64,000 nt of DNA, from positions 8,641 through 72,640 of the forward strand of contig CAIZZE010000008.1 in assembly GCA_903937405.1 (NCBI GenBank), written 5' to 3'. A model generated the notes under the pieces. That model saw only the letters and a list, made by a program, of their open reading frames with translations. It made no database searches and was not told where the DNA came from. The DNA is from an uncultured Alphaproteobacteria bacterium (lineage in GTDB: Bacteria > Pseudomonadota > Alphaproteobacteria > Rickettsiales > UBA1997). The translations under genes and the position numbers were made by a program. Positions 43,001 through 51,655 of this stretch are shown in pieces. Numbering within the stretch: the first letter of the stretch is position 1; each line of letters opens with the position of its first letter.

Positions 43001-45920
43001 CGTTACAATTTTTTCTAACTGCAAGATATGAATCTATTGGTCGTCCGGCATTTTTCTCGGTTTGTATCTTTAATTCATTGGCGATGCATTCGTTAGTAAG
43101 TTGTGAACATTCTTCGCGTTGAACGCAAAGATTATATGATTCAGTCGTGGAGCTACAGGTTGGAATATTAACATTACTATTAGTCAATTTTATTTCTGCG
43201 CTACAGGCATCATCAACTGTGCAACTATTATCAGTTCCATTAGCACCAAATCCACCTAAGTAACGGATCATAATAGAGGAATTGCTGTAAGTACTTGCTG
43301 GGTCGAGATAAACCATCATTTTTTTAGGACCTGTTGCCGGCAATGGTGATGTAGTAGTATTGTTAATTTCCGGTAAAATTCTATCAACACATCCAATTCT
43401 CATTGGGTTAAGGTATGCGCCGTTAATGTCTTTAATTTTACGGTAAAGGCAGAAAATTGGTTTTGATCCTGCATCATCATATTCTTTGCGCACAAAAGTT
43501 TCTAAAGAATAGGTAACATTATTTACAGTGGTGCTTATTGTAGCGCTACCATTAGAATCGCCACCGCTATCTTCATAGCCTGTATATCCTATTCCTAAAC
43601 TAAGTTTTTTTGTAGTGGTGCCAAATTGAAGGATAATTTCTGGATAGTGGAAATCAGTCGGTCCATATTCTTCATTAGCTACACTAGAAATTGAGCCACC
43701 ACGAACTATAGAAGAATTTAGAATATAAAGTGGCGGAGTAAAAAGTTTGGGAGAATTTGTAATATTCGCTAAATTGAAAAGAGGTGGCGTGGCAATTCTC
43801 AATGCAGTTTTGATACATTCCTGCTCTGGAAATAATCGGCTGTCTTTATCTAAATATCCCCTTACTGTGCTACCTAATGGTCGATTATTTTGAATATAAG
43901 GAATATGGTTTGATCCACCGAGTTTGATAGCACGCCATCTGGTGGCTTCGGATTTATCGTCAAAAGAACTTTTGCCGCCATCGCACGATCCATCAGATTT
44001 GCGCAAGCCAGAAATACAAGTTCCATCAATTAATTTTTCAGAATCATCAAGGAAATTTAAGGGGTTGGAGGAATTCGGATATGCTGTTTGACCTTTAACA
44101 TCAAGGAAAGTACAAATTCGGTTACCGGGATATTTGACTGCTCTGATTCTGAGATAATCATCAATAACAGCAGTACAATTTTTGGTGTTACTATTAGAAT
44201 TTAGAAACATATCATCATCCATCATACATTCAGTTGGATCAGCATCGGTTACGGTAAGTTCACGACAAACATCATAGCCACAAACCTGATTTGAACAGTT
44301 ATTGAATGCGCAGCTAATACCACATTCACGGGAACCACAGGTTTCAGATGTTCCGTCATCGGGACGCATTGCATTTTTAAAGCGCAAACAAACAACTAAT
44401 TTATGGGTTCCAGAATTATTAGTAAAGGTAGTTGAAACATAACCTTTGTGGTAGGCAGTGTAATCAGAAACATTGGAATATAAGCTTCCACCATTGCCGC
44501 AAAGATAAATATAACCATTGCCGCGGGAGCCATCGCGAATACCACCACACAGACCAGGAGATCTGGTATGGTCTGGTAATAAATAAGAATGATAATATCC
44601 CAGATCAATTTCTCCTAAAAGTCCCAAATCAATTGTTGGGCGTATACCCCAACCAAAGCTTTCCATTTGTGATGGGGTATAACATAAATTAGCATTCATG
44701 GTTCTCAATATTCCATTTCCATCAATTGATTTATCCATCGGCTTAGGTCTATAAAACCATGAATCCATGGTATCAGAAGTTGAGCCAATTGTTCCGTCAT
44801 CATATGCAGTTGAGGTTATGCATTCAGGTTGGGAGTTATTGGAAGATTGATTGCAATCAATTGTAAGATAACAATAGCTATTGGTGCAAGTTGCTCCTGC
44901 TCCGCTTGAATCGCAAGAATCATTGAGCCCTGTAGGTTCTTTAGCATCAGTTGGGGTGCAGCGATATTGTCTTTTTACAACTGGTTTGCAAGTAACAGTT
45001 GTACAAATACCTGTTTCTACAGAATACTTGGCATTAACATATTTTTCATAATCAGCGGTGTAAGATTCACCTTGATTAGTGATATTTAAAGTATCATCAG
45101 ATCCACAAGAGGATGAGGAAGGAGGGCAGTTGTGAATTTTGCATGTGGTGTTTAAAACCATATAAGGCAATTGTGCCTGAGTAAATTTATAGCATTTTAA
45201 GGTTGATCCATCTGTAGCCGTATCGCCATTACAATATTTTTTTGGTGTGTAAGATGAGTTTGCTGCTACTGCATCTGCTACTGCATCTGATTCTGTTCTA
45301 AATTTCCAATCATTTAGCTCATCAGGAGTCAACAAATTACAAGGAAGTAAATCGCAATTTACAGTTGGAGATGGTGAACTGGTTTGATGGCAGCGCCGAC
45401 CAATAGAATTGGAAGTAGTTGCAGTTACACCGGATTCTGGAGCATCACTAAATCTGATGCAATCGCGGTTATGTACGGCATAGTCAACACCTCTAACGTT
45501 ATGCGGTTCGCGGCTCGGATCAGGATCGGTAAAAGATCTATCGCTACATTCTCTAACGCAATTTTTTCCAGGATTAGCAGTAGAATCAATATCGCTACAC
45601 AAAGGCAAGTCGGACAAGTCAGCGCAATTATAGCGGTGAATTTGACCGGAAGTTAAAACATAGGCTGAACTAACTGCGTAAGTAGCGCTTGGAACTGTTT
45701 GGCAAAGCGGCATTCCGAAAAATTTGCAACCACCATCTTCAATATTAGCATAACCTGGTTTTGGAGTTCCTGCAACATCAGCGCAATCAGGAAGAGCAAC
45801 AGAATGAGTTTGGGGAGAATAGAAAAAAAGTGAAATCCCGAAAATTAAAACGCCAAAACCCGACAAGCGTTTTGCAGCTTTTATGAGTTTAGCGATTTTT
45901 TTAGGATTTATATAATTCAT
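40053..45920 (-). CDS. giant (1955 aa) cysteine-rich secreted/surface protein with repeated sushi/CCP-like modules
   Basis: Uninterrupted 6-kb ORF. Start chosen at ATG 45920 (MNYINPKKIAKLIKAAKRLSGFGVLIFGISLFFY, a signal-peptide-like n- and h-region). The upstream part of the track ORF lies inside murD. Very Cys-, Thr-, Ser-, Asn- and Gly-rich. Repeated C..G[FY]...P[TK]R.C...G.W....N[PA]C modules occur in the C-terminal third. Confidence 0.8.
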   Translation of the reverse strand: MNYINPKKIAKLIKAAKRLSGFGVLIFGISLFFYSPQTHSVALPDCADVAGTPKPGYANIEDGGCKFFGMPLCQTVPSATYAVSSAYVLTSGQIHRYNCADLSDLPLCSDIDSTANPGKNCVRECSDRSFTDPDPSREPHNVRGVDYAVHNRDCIRFSDAPESGVTATTSNSIGRRCHQTSSPSPTVNCDLLPCNLLTPDELNDWKFRTESDAVADAVAANSSYTPKKYCNGDTATDGSTLKCYKFTQAQLPYMVLNTTCKIHNCPPSSSSCGSDDTLNITNQGESYTADYEKYVNAKYSVETGICTTVTCKPVVKRQYRCTPTDAKEPTGLNDSCDSSGAGATCTNSYCYLTIDCNQSSNNSQPECITSTAYDDGTIGSTSDTMDSWFYRPKPMDKSIDGNGILRTMNANLCYTPSQMESFGWGIRPTIDLGLLGEIDLGYYHSYLLPDHTRSPGLCGGIRDGSRGNGYIYLCGNGGSLYSNVSDYTAYHKGYVSTTFTNNSGTHKLVVCLRFKNAMRPDDGTSETCGSRECGISCAFNNCSNQVCGYDVCRELTVTDADPTECMMDDDMFLNSNSNTKNCTAVIDDYLRIRAVKYPGNRICTFLDVKGQTAYPNSSNPLNFLDDSEKLIDGTCISGLRKSDGSCDGGKSSFDDKSEATRWRAIKLGGSNHIPYIQNNRPLGSTVRGYLDKDSRLFPEQECIKTALRIATPPLFNLANITNSPKLFTPPLYILNSSIVRGGSISSVANEEYGPTDFHYPEIILQFGTTTKKLSLGIGYTGYEDSGGDSNGSATISTTVNNVTYSLETFVRKEYDDAGSKPIFCLYRKIKDINGAYLNPMRIGCVDRILPEINNTTTSPLPATGPKKMMVYLDPASTYSNSSIMIRYLGGFGANGTDNSCTVDDACSAEIKLTNSNVNIPTCSSTTESYNLCVQREECSQLTNECIANELKIQTEKNAGRPIDSYLAVRKNCNEVLLPLCNKKKGNTTSDTSTVTNTNLSAAATGNYYGWFNEICVSSGFTTKLRKIVAYKMTDGTRGKCLVDNPASCREGGKAPDCRCIAYVDGATLADDQIARTETTHEAGLCVTMPLPQICSAIDYNTTANILNPSDPDFTQSSLGYSTYGASSSVTSNVVHISHQLRTDGTGHAEFPLGVFGMYDIEGICTGFWRPATNGAGVVTPPKRSCLNVSGAAQWNATVTNPCVRYTCDAVSTTGPDKNGLYQGGYGALEVNEVNYRSPDALSGTKGSEHGFATWTSYTKTNDFLETPTSPNPFVSCITGFKKTGATSTTIGSKVATTDPGGPFFGPIQDYTGGTTPTRSCNQIGQWGTVTNACVRIQCSAPTLPTNPTTTSDWQAWYNSGGATFPTTNASRSPLRIQTESVATGSCGGGNQSLGFFRVDQTSADPDSGISPTRNCDHMGNWGPVINPCTTQCDATITTSPGSGKAYWNKVTGVPLNGQVDGVVTTDSGNGGCQSDYYPYPYPALNNKDGTPFTISDSGPYRTDSGTNSTLTTIPTNLANDTRAVEALPQRVCRSVIITNGTANVWSTTSSSCVNKCVGYSVDSYTGVGTGDSRIGAGRTQHSTSANDGSNNAVTITVNWPDTNFGVTAYITNPILTSQNATHYQRNRIGASSGVGYYALARKCNGTTHKWDDVVPQCVANNGMIVDDNDTVTSTDDVDSNANYDTTSHYVPLGESPTTKICKTGYMESDYVDSNNKSAITNYTCSYASSNGFNYIDQLYFDAIANSGKKCMKYCNTTGDNIPAGHTYSGNTYAAGGTTITLACASGYGKAIDRGTTGSYDNNCGRNAYDRTDISPTITCNASGSWGSVSNACSACRGCTSSDSKATGKTYCFATKGKKRDDTYGIYGADGIKYTFTPFASIHNGTQSWCQHQNHDGGTESNFFLKCVDNEYQVLGRCGCANNWGGNASWANIDCLPEKDYYGPPSCAIIGNCDCT

Positions 45921-47286
45921 CAAAAAGCTTACAGAAGTAGTCTCCGCGCTGTTCAAAATTTTTCCATTGATCGAACGACGCACAAGCGGGTGAAAGTAAA
46001 ATGTTCTTTTCAGATAAGCCAACATTTTTTGCATCAAAAAATGCTTTTTTAAAAGCGCTTTCCAAATCGCCACATTTTTCAAAAGCGACGGAATTTTCTT
46101 TTAAGGTTTTAGCAAATTCTTCGCTGGCATCACCAATCAAATAAGCTTTGTGAATTTTATGAAAAAATGGTGTTAAAATTGAAATGCCGCCTTCTTTGGA
46201 TTTGCCGCCTAAAATCCAGAAAATTTTATTGTAAGCTTTCAGTGCATTTTCAGTTGATTCAGCGTTAGTTGCTTTGCTGTCATTAATAAATTTGATCCCT
46301 TCAATTTCACCAAGCAATTGCAAGCGATGACGCAAGCCACGGAATTTTTTGATGGCAGAAATTATTTTTTCTTCATCACATTTCTGTGAATGTCTAAGGA
46401 AATGACAATAAGTTATGGCGAAAGCGAAAGCCATATTTTGATCATTATGTTCGCCGCGCAGGAAATCAGATTTTAATTCTAAAACTGAGTTAGCGCCGTT
46501 GATTTTATTATATAAATTTCCACCAAAAAGTGCGATACCATTTTCCTGAATTTCTTTGGTAGAAATCGGAACTAAAGTAGCGTGAAAATTTTTATCTTTT
46601 TTTAATTCATCATAAACTTTTTTGGAATTTTCATTATCCACGTCAATTAAAGCGAAATCATCAGCGGTTTGGTTTTGAAAAATTCTTTTTTTGGCTGCAA
46701 TGTAATTTTCAATCGATCCATGGCGATCAATATGATCTGGCGTGATATTTAAAAGTGCCGCGACCTTGAAATGTGAATGCCCAAAAAGATCAAGCTGGTA
46801 AGAAGAAGTTTCAAAAATATAAGAAAATTTTTTTTGATTTTGCGGTAAATCAAAACAAGGAATACCAATATTGCCGCCAATTTCTGAAGCGATTTCTAGT
46901 TCTTTAAAAATAAAACCGCTTAATGCTGTGGTTGTCGATTTGCCGTTGGTTCCGGTGATGGCGATGAAATTATTATTTTCACAATTTTTGCGATAAAAAA
47001 TTTCCAAGTCGCAAGCTAAAGTAGCGCCGGTTTTTTGGCAGATTTCTAAAATTTTATGTGGTTGTGGATAATAAAGTGGAATTCCGGGAGAAAAGACAAT
47101 TACAGTGTCTTTGTCATATTTAATTTCATCAGCTTTAGCAAATTTGATGTGAGGGTTTTTGGTGCTGGCGTCAATAAGTGATTTTTCATTGTCATCGGTG
47201 GCGATAACTTCTTCGCCATTTTGAGCGAGAAAATTTACTGCAGAAATTCCAGAAATTCCCAGACCATAAACAACGTATTTTGTCAT
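45901..47286 (-). CDS. murD: UDP-N-acetylmuramoylalanine--D-glutamate ligase
   Basis: YGLGISG N-terminus, ITGTNGKSTT (P-loop), and overall Mur ligase layout. 461 aa. Confidence 0.95.
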   Translation of the reverse strand: MTKYVVYGLGISGISAVNFLAQNGEEVIATDDNEKSLIDASTKNPHIKFAKADEIKYDKDTVIVFSPGIPLYYPQPHKILEICQKTGATLACDLEIFYRKNCENNNFIAITGTNGKSTTTALSGFIFKELEIASEIGGNIGIPCFDLPQNQKKFSYIFETSSYQLDLFGHSHFKVAALLNITPDHIDRHGSIENYIAAKKRIFQNQTADDFALIDVDNENSKKVYDELKKDKNFHATLVPISTKEIQENGIALFGGNLYNKINGANSVLELKSDFLRGEHNDQNMAFAFAITYCHFLRHSQKCDEEKIISAIKKFRGLRHRLQLLGEIEGIKFINDSKATNAESTENALKAYNKIFWILGGKSKEGGISILTPFFHKIHKAYLIGDASEEFAKTLKENSVAFEKCGDLESAFKKAFFDAKNVGLSEKNILLSPACASFDQWKNFEQRGDYFCKLFDELYKS

Positions 47287-47320
47287 ATATTTTAAATTAA
47301 ATTTGATTAGCTAACGGTGT

Positions 47321-47962
47321 CTAACCGCGCAATTTTTTAATCGCGTTCGCATAATCGCCAGAACCAAAAATATAAGATCCTGAAACTAAAACATCAGCTC
47401 CGGCTGAAGTTACGATTTTAGAGGTTTCTTCGTTAATTCCACCATCAACTTCTAGTTCAATTTTTTTGCCGATTTTATCAATTTTCTTCCGCAAATTTTC
47501 AATTTTTCTTAATTGCGAAGATAAAAATTTCTGCCCGCCAAATCCGGGATTAACGGTCATCACCAAAATTAAATCGAGTTTTTCTAAAACATAATCCAAA
47601 ACATCTTCATGAGTTGAAGGAACAATCGAAACTCCAACTTTTTTGCCAAAAGATTTAATCAAATCAAGCGAACGATCCAAATGAATTGAGGCTTCCGCAT
47701 GAATTGTAATGATGTCAGAACCAGCGTCAGCAAAGGCTTTAATGTGATTGTCGGGATTATTAATCATTAAATGAACATCAAAAGGTAGCGCAGTTTTTTT
47801 GCGCAAATTTTTTACAACTTCATTTCCAATTGTGATATTGGGAACAAAACTTCCATCCATTACATCAAGATGAATATAGTCAGCACCGGCTTTTTCAATA
47901 TTTTGGATTTCTTCTCCAAGACGAGAGAAATCAGCGGAGAGAATGGAAGGAGAAATTTTCAT
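47321..47962 (-). CDS. rpe: ribulose-phosphate 3-epimerase
   Basis: ISPSILSADF, HLDVMDG.FVPN, VMTVNPGFGGQKF and DGGIN. Confidence 0.95.
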   Translation of the reverse strand: MKISPSILSADFSRLGEEIQNIEKAGADYIHLDVMDGSFVPNITIGNEVVKNLRKKTALPFDVHLMINNPDNHIKAFADAGSDIITIHAEASIHLDRSLDLIKSFGKKVGVSIVPSTHEDVLDYVLEKLDLILVMTVNPGFGGQKFLSSQLRKIENLRKKIDKIGKKIELEVDGGINEETSKIVTSAGADVLVSGSYIFGSGDYANAIKKLRG

Positions 47963-47979
47963 AGATTTAGAATTTAGAA

Positions 47980-48405
47980 TTATTTGTTCTTACAGCTTAG
48001 AGCCGTCAAATCATAAATCGGATGTTCTAATCCTGAAATTGAAGGGCTTGAGGCAAACATCCAGCCGTAAAAAATTCTTTTTGGATTTTCGCCGGCTTTA
48101 TTTTCAAAAACTTCTAACAAAATTTTGCTTTCCGGTTTCTGATCGAGAGATGATTGCCAGCATTTATGAGCAATGATTGAAATTTGGCCGAAATTAATTT
48201 TTTCTTCAATGCGCATTTCCATGAGTGAAGATTTGGCGGTAGTTTTATTCATTCCTTGAATTACGGCGGTGTTGTAGAAGCGCGAAGGATCGGCTTTATC
48301 TACAATATTTAATTCCGGCTCTTCAAGTTTTGCTGCTTCTTGCGCTGTTGCAATCGAAGAGAAAAAACTACAAATTAGAAATAAAGAAAAAATTTTATTT
48401 TTCAT
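47980..48405 (-). CDS. DUF2155 domain-containing protein
   Basis: Signal peptide, then GWMFASSPSISGLEHPIYDL near the C-terminus, characteristic of DUF2155 as I recall it. Start moved to ATG 48405. Confidence 0.6.
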   Translation of the reverse strand: MKNKIFSLFLICSFFSSIATAQEAAKLEEPELNIVDKADPSRFYNTAVIQGMNKTTAKSSLMEMRIEEKINFGQISIIAHKCWQSSLDQKPESKILLEVFENKAGENPKRIFYGWMFASSPSISGLEHPIYDLTALSCKNK

Positions 48406-48880
48406 TTGCCTCAACTTTTTTATTATTGGTTTTATCGCCACTGCTGAAAATAAATTTTCCTAAAAGATCTTCAAAATTTACTGAAGATTGCGTGAATTGA
48501 ATTTCTTCGCCTTCTTTTAAAACTTCTTCATCGCCGCCGGGCGTAATTGAAAGATATTTTGAACCCAGCAAACCTTCAGATGAAACCTTGGCGGAACTAT
48601 CGGTCGGAAGTTTTACGTTTGGATCAATCGTAATTTTTAAAGTGGCGCGAAAATCTTTTTCATCAAGAAACTGATTTTCAACTGTGCCGATTTTTACACC
48701 GGAAATTTTGACATCGCTGCCGCTGGCAAGACCATCGATATTTTCAAATTTTGCAATCAAATGATAGCCGCCAAGACCACTTACTTTAGCACTTTTAAGA
48801 GAGCTGAACAAGAAAAAAGCTGCGCATCCTAAAACAAAAGTTCCAACTATTACTTCGAAATAATTATTTGCTTTGTGCAT
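48395..48880 (-). CDS. mlaD: outer-membrane lipid asymmetry maintenance protein MlaD (MCE domain)
   Basis: N-terminal TM, then the MCE core (GLASGSDVKISGVKIGTVE...LPTDSSAKVSSEGLLGSKYLSI). Confidence 0.8.
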   Translation of the reverse strand: MHKANNYFEVIVGTFVLGCAAFFLFSSLKSAKVSGLGGYHLIAKFENIDGLASGSDVKISGVKIGTVENQFLDEKDFRATLKITIDPNVKLPTDSSAKVSSEGLLGSKYLSITPGGDEEVLKEGEEIQFTQSSVNFEDLLGKFIFSSGDKTNNKKVEANEK

Positions 48881-48892
48881 AAAAATGATTGC

Positions 48893-49219
48893 TTAATTGT
48901 TGGGATTCCACGCTTCATATTCAGCGTTGGTTTTTTTTACTATAGAATTTTTCGGTGAATGAGCGCCTTTGGTTCCAGTTAAATTTGGTAAGTGAATTTT
49001 TTGCCAAGAAAAGCGGTGTGTATTAATATTTACCGGCACGATATTGGTGCTGTAATGAATCCAGCCATGCCATTCTGATGGAATTTTCGAAGGCTCGGCA
49101 ATGCCTTTGTAAGCTACAAATCTTTTGCCGCGCTTATTTTGAAAATACTCATTTCCAAATTCATCGCTGCCTATTTTTTGGCAACAAAATTTAATATAAA
49201 GATTGTTAAGAAGATTCAT
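48893..49219 (-). CDS. NADH:ubiquinone oxidoreductase subunit NDUFA12-like protein
   Basis: GSDEFGNEYFQNK...RFVAYKG..EPSKIPSEWHGWIHY matches the NDUFA12 family pattern. Start at ATG 49219. Confidence 0.75.
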   Translation of the reverse strand: MNLLNNLYIKFCCQKIGSDEFGNEYFQNKRGKRFVAYKGIAEPSKIPSEWHGWIHYSTNIVPVNINTHRFSWQKIHLPNLTGTKGAHSPKNSIVKKTNAEYEAWNPNN

Positions 49220-49388
49220 TTTTTCTGATTTTTTGTTTTTGATAATCCGCTCGCAACTTAAGAAAGCGGGTTTCAAAAATCAAAGTGAAATTTAATATTT
49301 TCCGCTTAAGGATTTTTTTAAGTTTGTCTTTTGAAAAGAATGATGAAAAAATCGTCCAACCTTCTTTTTAAAAATTAATTCTTCCAAA

Positions 49389-51506
49389 GTGCAAAAATTT
49401 TATACTGCCTCGAAAGCTTGTCTGACGCTTATTGCTGTAGTTTTTTTTATTTTTAGTTTTGACGCTGCGGCAAAAGAAGCGCGTCCAGTTTCGCAAAAAT
49501 TATGGCAGGGAATTACAGTGGAAGATCTGGAAAATATCAAACAGATCACCGTATTAATTAATCAAAAAAATTACGCAGAAGCCTTACAATATGCGCAAAA
49601 ACTGAAAAAAGCCGAAGCTCAATTGGTGGTTCAAGAGCAAAGTCAAATCATTAAAATCAGGCCTGATTTCTCAGAAGCGGCCACTGATATTATTTTATGG
49701 AATAAATATAGTGGCAAAATTGATCCGAAAAATATTTCCTTTAGTGATATTTCGCGTTTTGCGGTCGATAATGTTTTTTATCCAAATATCAGCGAATTGC
49801 GCCACAATGTTGAGAAAGTAGCAATTGCCAGCAATATTCCTTACCAATCAAGCGAACAATATTTTAACTCAAATCCAGCAGGAACGACCGAATCAAAAAT
49901 TTATTTGCTGCAATCAAAAATTAACTTTTTGACTCGTTCTAAACTCACAGAAAGCGAAAAAGAAAAAGCGCGCCGTGAAATTCATACTTTGATTTCATTA
50001 ATTTGGGTAAAAGAAAATTTTACTACTGAAGATGAGAAAATTTTTCTTGGCAAATATCAAGGACAGTTAAGTCAAATTGATCATGTAAACAGAATAGATC
50101 GTTTGCTTTGGGACGGCAAGAATGGTGATGCCACGCGCATCATGAACTTTGTTGACGAAGATTACCAAAAACTTTTTTCTTCTGTGATCGAATTACAAAA
50201 TTCTCCGAAATATATTGATAAAATTGTGCTAGAAGTGCCGCGTAAATTAAGGTCAAATGAAGGTTTAACTTATCGTCGAGTTTTATGGTATAAATCAAAA
50301 GATAAAGTCGACGATCTTTTGGATTTAATGAAAGATTTAACTTCGAAATCACAATTCCCAGAAAGATGGTGGAGCTTGCGCCGCCTTTATGGACGCGAGA
50401 TGATCAAGCAAAAAAAATTCAAAATCGCTTATAATTTAATTGCCAACCATAATTTACCAACCACTTCTTCTGATTATTGGGAAGCTGAATGGACGGCAGG
50501 TTGGATTGCTCTGCGTTTTATGGATGAGCCAAAAGTTGGTTATGCGCATTTTGAAAATCTTTATAAAAATGTAACTCAACCCGTAACAATTTCACGAGCC
50601 ACTTATTGGCTGGGAATGGCTGCGGATGCGATGGGTAATAAACAAAAAGCAATTGAATGGTATAAAATGTCGGCAAAATATCCGATATTTTTCTACGGTC
50701 AGCTCGGCATTCACAAACATCGCTTGCTTGATGATTTGGGTGCGCAAGATGATATTATTTTGCCAAAAGATCCGGAAATTACTGCGCGTGATCTAAAGAA
50801 AATTTCTGAAAATAAAGCGGCGCAAGTAGCTTATTTACTTGCTGTAACTGGAGACAAAGCTGCGGCCGGAAAAATCTTTGAATGGGTTGTAAGCAACGCC
50901 ACCAGCGATGGACAAATTGCGGTGGTGATGAAATTGATTAATGAAATTGGTGATCGCCAACTTGATGCAAAAATCTCAAGAGTTGCCGCCAAGAAAAATG
51001 TCTTTTTTATCAAAGATAAATTCCAGATTGTTAAAGAAGTTGTAAATGATGAATATGCGCCTTTGGTTCATGCAATTGTTAAGCAAGAAAGTGGTTTTGC
51101 GCCGACGGCTGTAAGTCAAGTTGGCGCTCTTGGTTTTATGCAATTAATGCCGGGAACTGCGAAATTAGTGGCTAAAGATATTGGCATTCCTTACGACAAA
51201 GTAAAACTTTCCAGCGACATTAAATATAACGTGCGCCTTGGTTCGCATTATATCAAGCAATTGATTGATCGTTTTGATGGCTCTGAAATGTTGGCAATTG
51301 CTTCATATAATGCCGGGCCAAATGCAACGCAGCGTTGGATTAATGAATTTTATGATCCGCGCAAAGAAAAAGATCTCGATAAAGTGGTTGATTGGATTGA
51401 ACTCATTACTTACTCTGAAACCAGAAATTATGTACAGCGCATCATGGAAAATTTGATCGTTTACAAATATCTGATGTCACGCGCAAATTATGATGCGGTT
51501 CAGTAG
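49389..51506 (+). CDS. slt: soluble lytic murein transglycosylase (Slt70-like)
   Basis: Signal peptide and a long helical superhelix region. C-terminal SLT catalytic block is VKQESGFAPTAVSQVGALGFMQLMP...ASYNAGP. GTG start. Confidence 0.85.
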   Translation: MQKFYTASKACLTLIAVVFFIFSFDAAAKEARPVSQKLWQGITVEDLENIKQITVLINQKNYAEALQYAQKLKKAEAQLVVQEQSQIIKIRPDFSEAATDIILWNKYSGKIDPKNISFSDISRFAVDNVFYPNISELRHNVEKVAIASNIPYQSSEQYFNSNPAGTTESKIYLLQSKINFLTRSKLTESEKEKARREIHTLISLIWVKENFTTEDEKIFLGKYQGQLSQIDHVNRIDRLLWDGKNGDATRIMNFVDEDYQKLFSSVIELQNSPKYIDKIVLEVPRKLRSNEGLTYRRVLWYKSKDKVDDLLDLMKDLTSKSQFPERWWSLRRLYGREMIKQKKFKIAYNLIANHNLPTTSSDYWEAEWTAGWIALRFMDEPKVGYAHFENLYKNVTQPVTISRATYWLGMAADAMGNKQKAIEWYKMSAKYPIFFYGQLGIHKHRLLDDLGAQDDIILPKDPEITARDLKKISENKAAQVAYLLAVTGDKAAAGKIFEWVVSNATSDGQIAVVMKLINEIGDRQLDAKISRVAAKKNVFFIKDKFQIVKEVVNDEYAPLVHAIVKQESGFAPTAVSQVGALGFMQLMPGTAKLVAKDIGIPYDKVKLSSDIKYNVRLGSHYIKQLIDRFDGSEMLAIASYNAGPNATQRWINEFYDPRKEKDLDKVVDWIELITYSETRNYVQRIMENLIVYKYLMSRANYDAVQ

Positions 51507-51533
51507 TTAAAATCTAATTTGTTTCGACTCTAT

Positions 51534-51616
51534 ATAGATCCTGAAACGAGTTCAGGATGACGACTTTGGCGAGATTTTTTTGATATTTCGTCATCCTGAA
51601 CTCGTTTCAGGATCTA
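51534..51616. repeat. HP1 palindromic element (full)
   Basis: ATAGATCCTGAAACGAGTTCAGGATGAC ... GTCATCCTGAACTCGTTTCAGGATCTA, between slt and purF. The arm mutations are compensatory (G/C pair). Confidence 0.9.
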
Positions 51617-51655
51617 ACGAAGCAACATGTTAATAAAAAAAGACAACAAATATTT

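Noticed and set aside
40667-45656. Several 60-136-aa ORFs on both strands inside the giant gene
   Set aside because: All are nested in the single long uninterrupted frame and none has independent support.
45921-46082. Upstream 54 codons of the 2009-aa track ORF
   Set aside because: They lie entirely inside the murD coding region in another frame. The signal-peptide-like sequence begins at the ATG at 45920.
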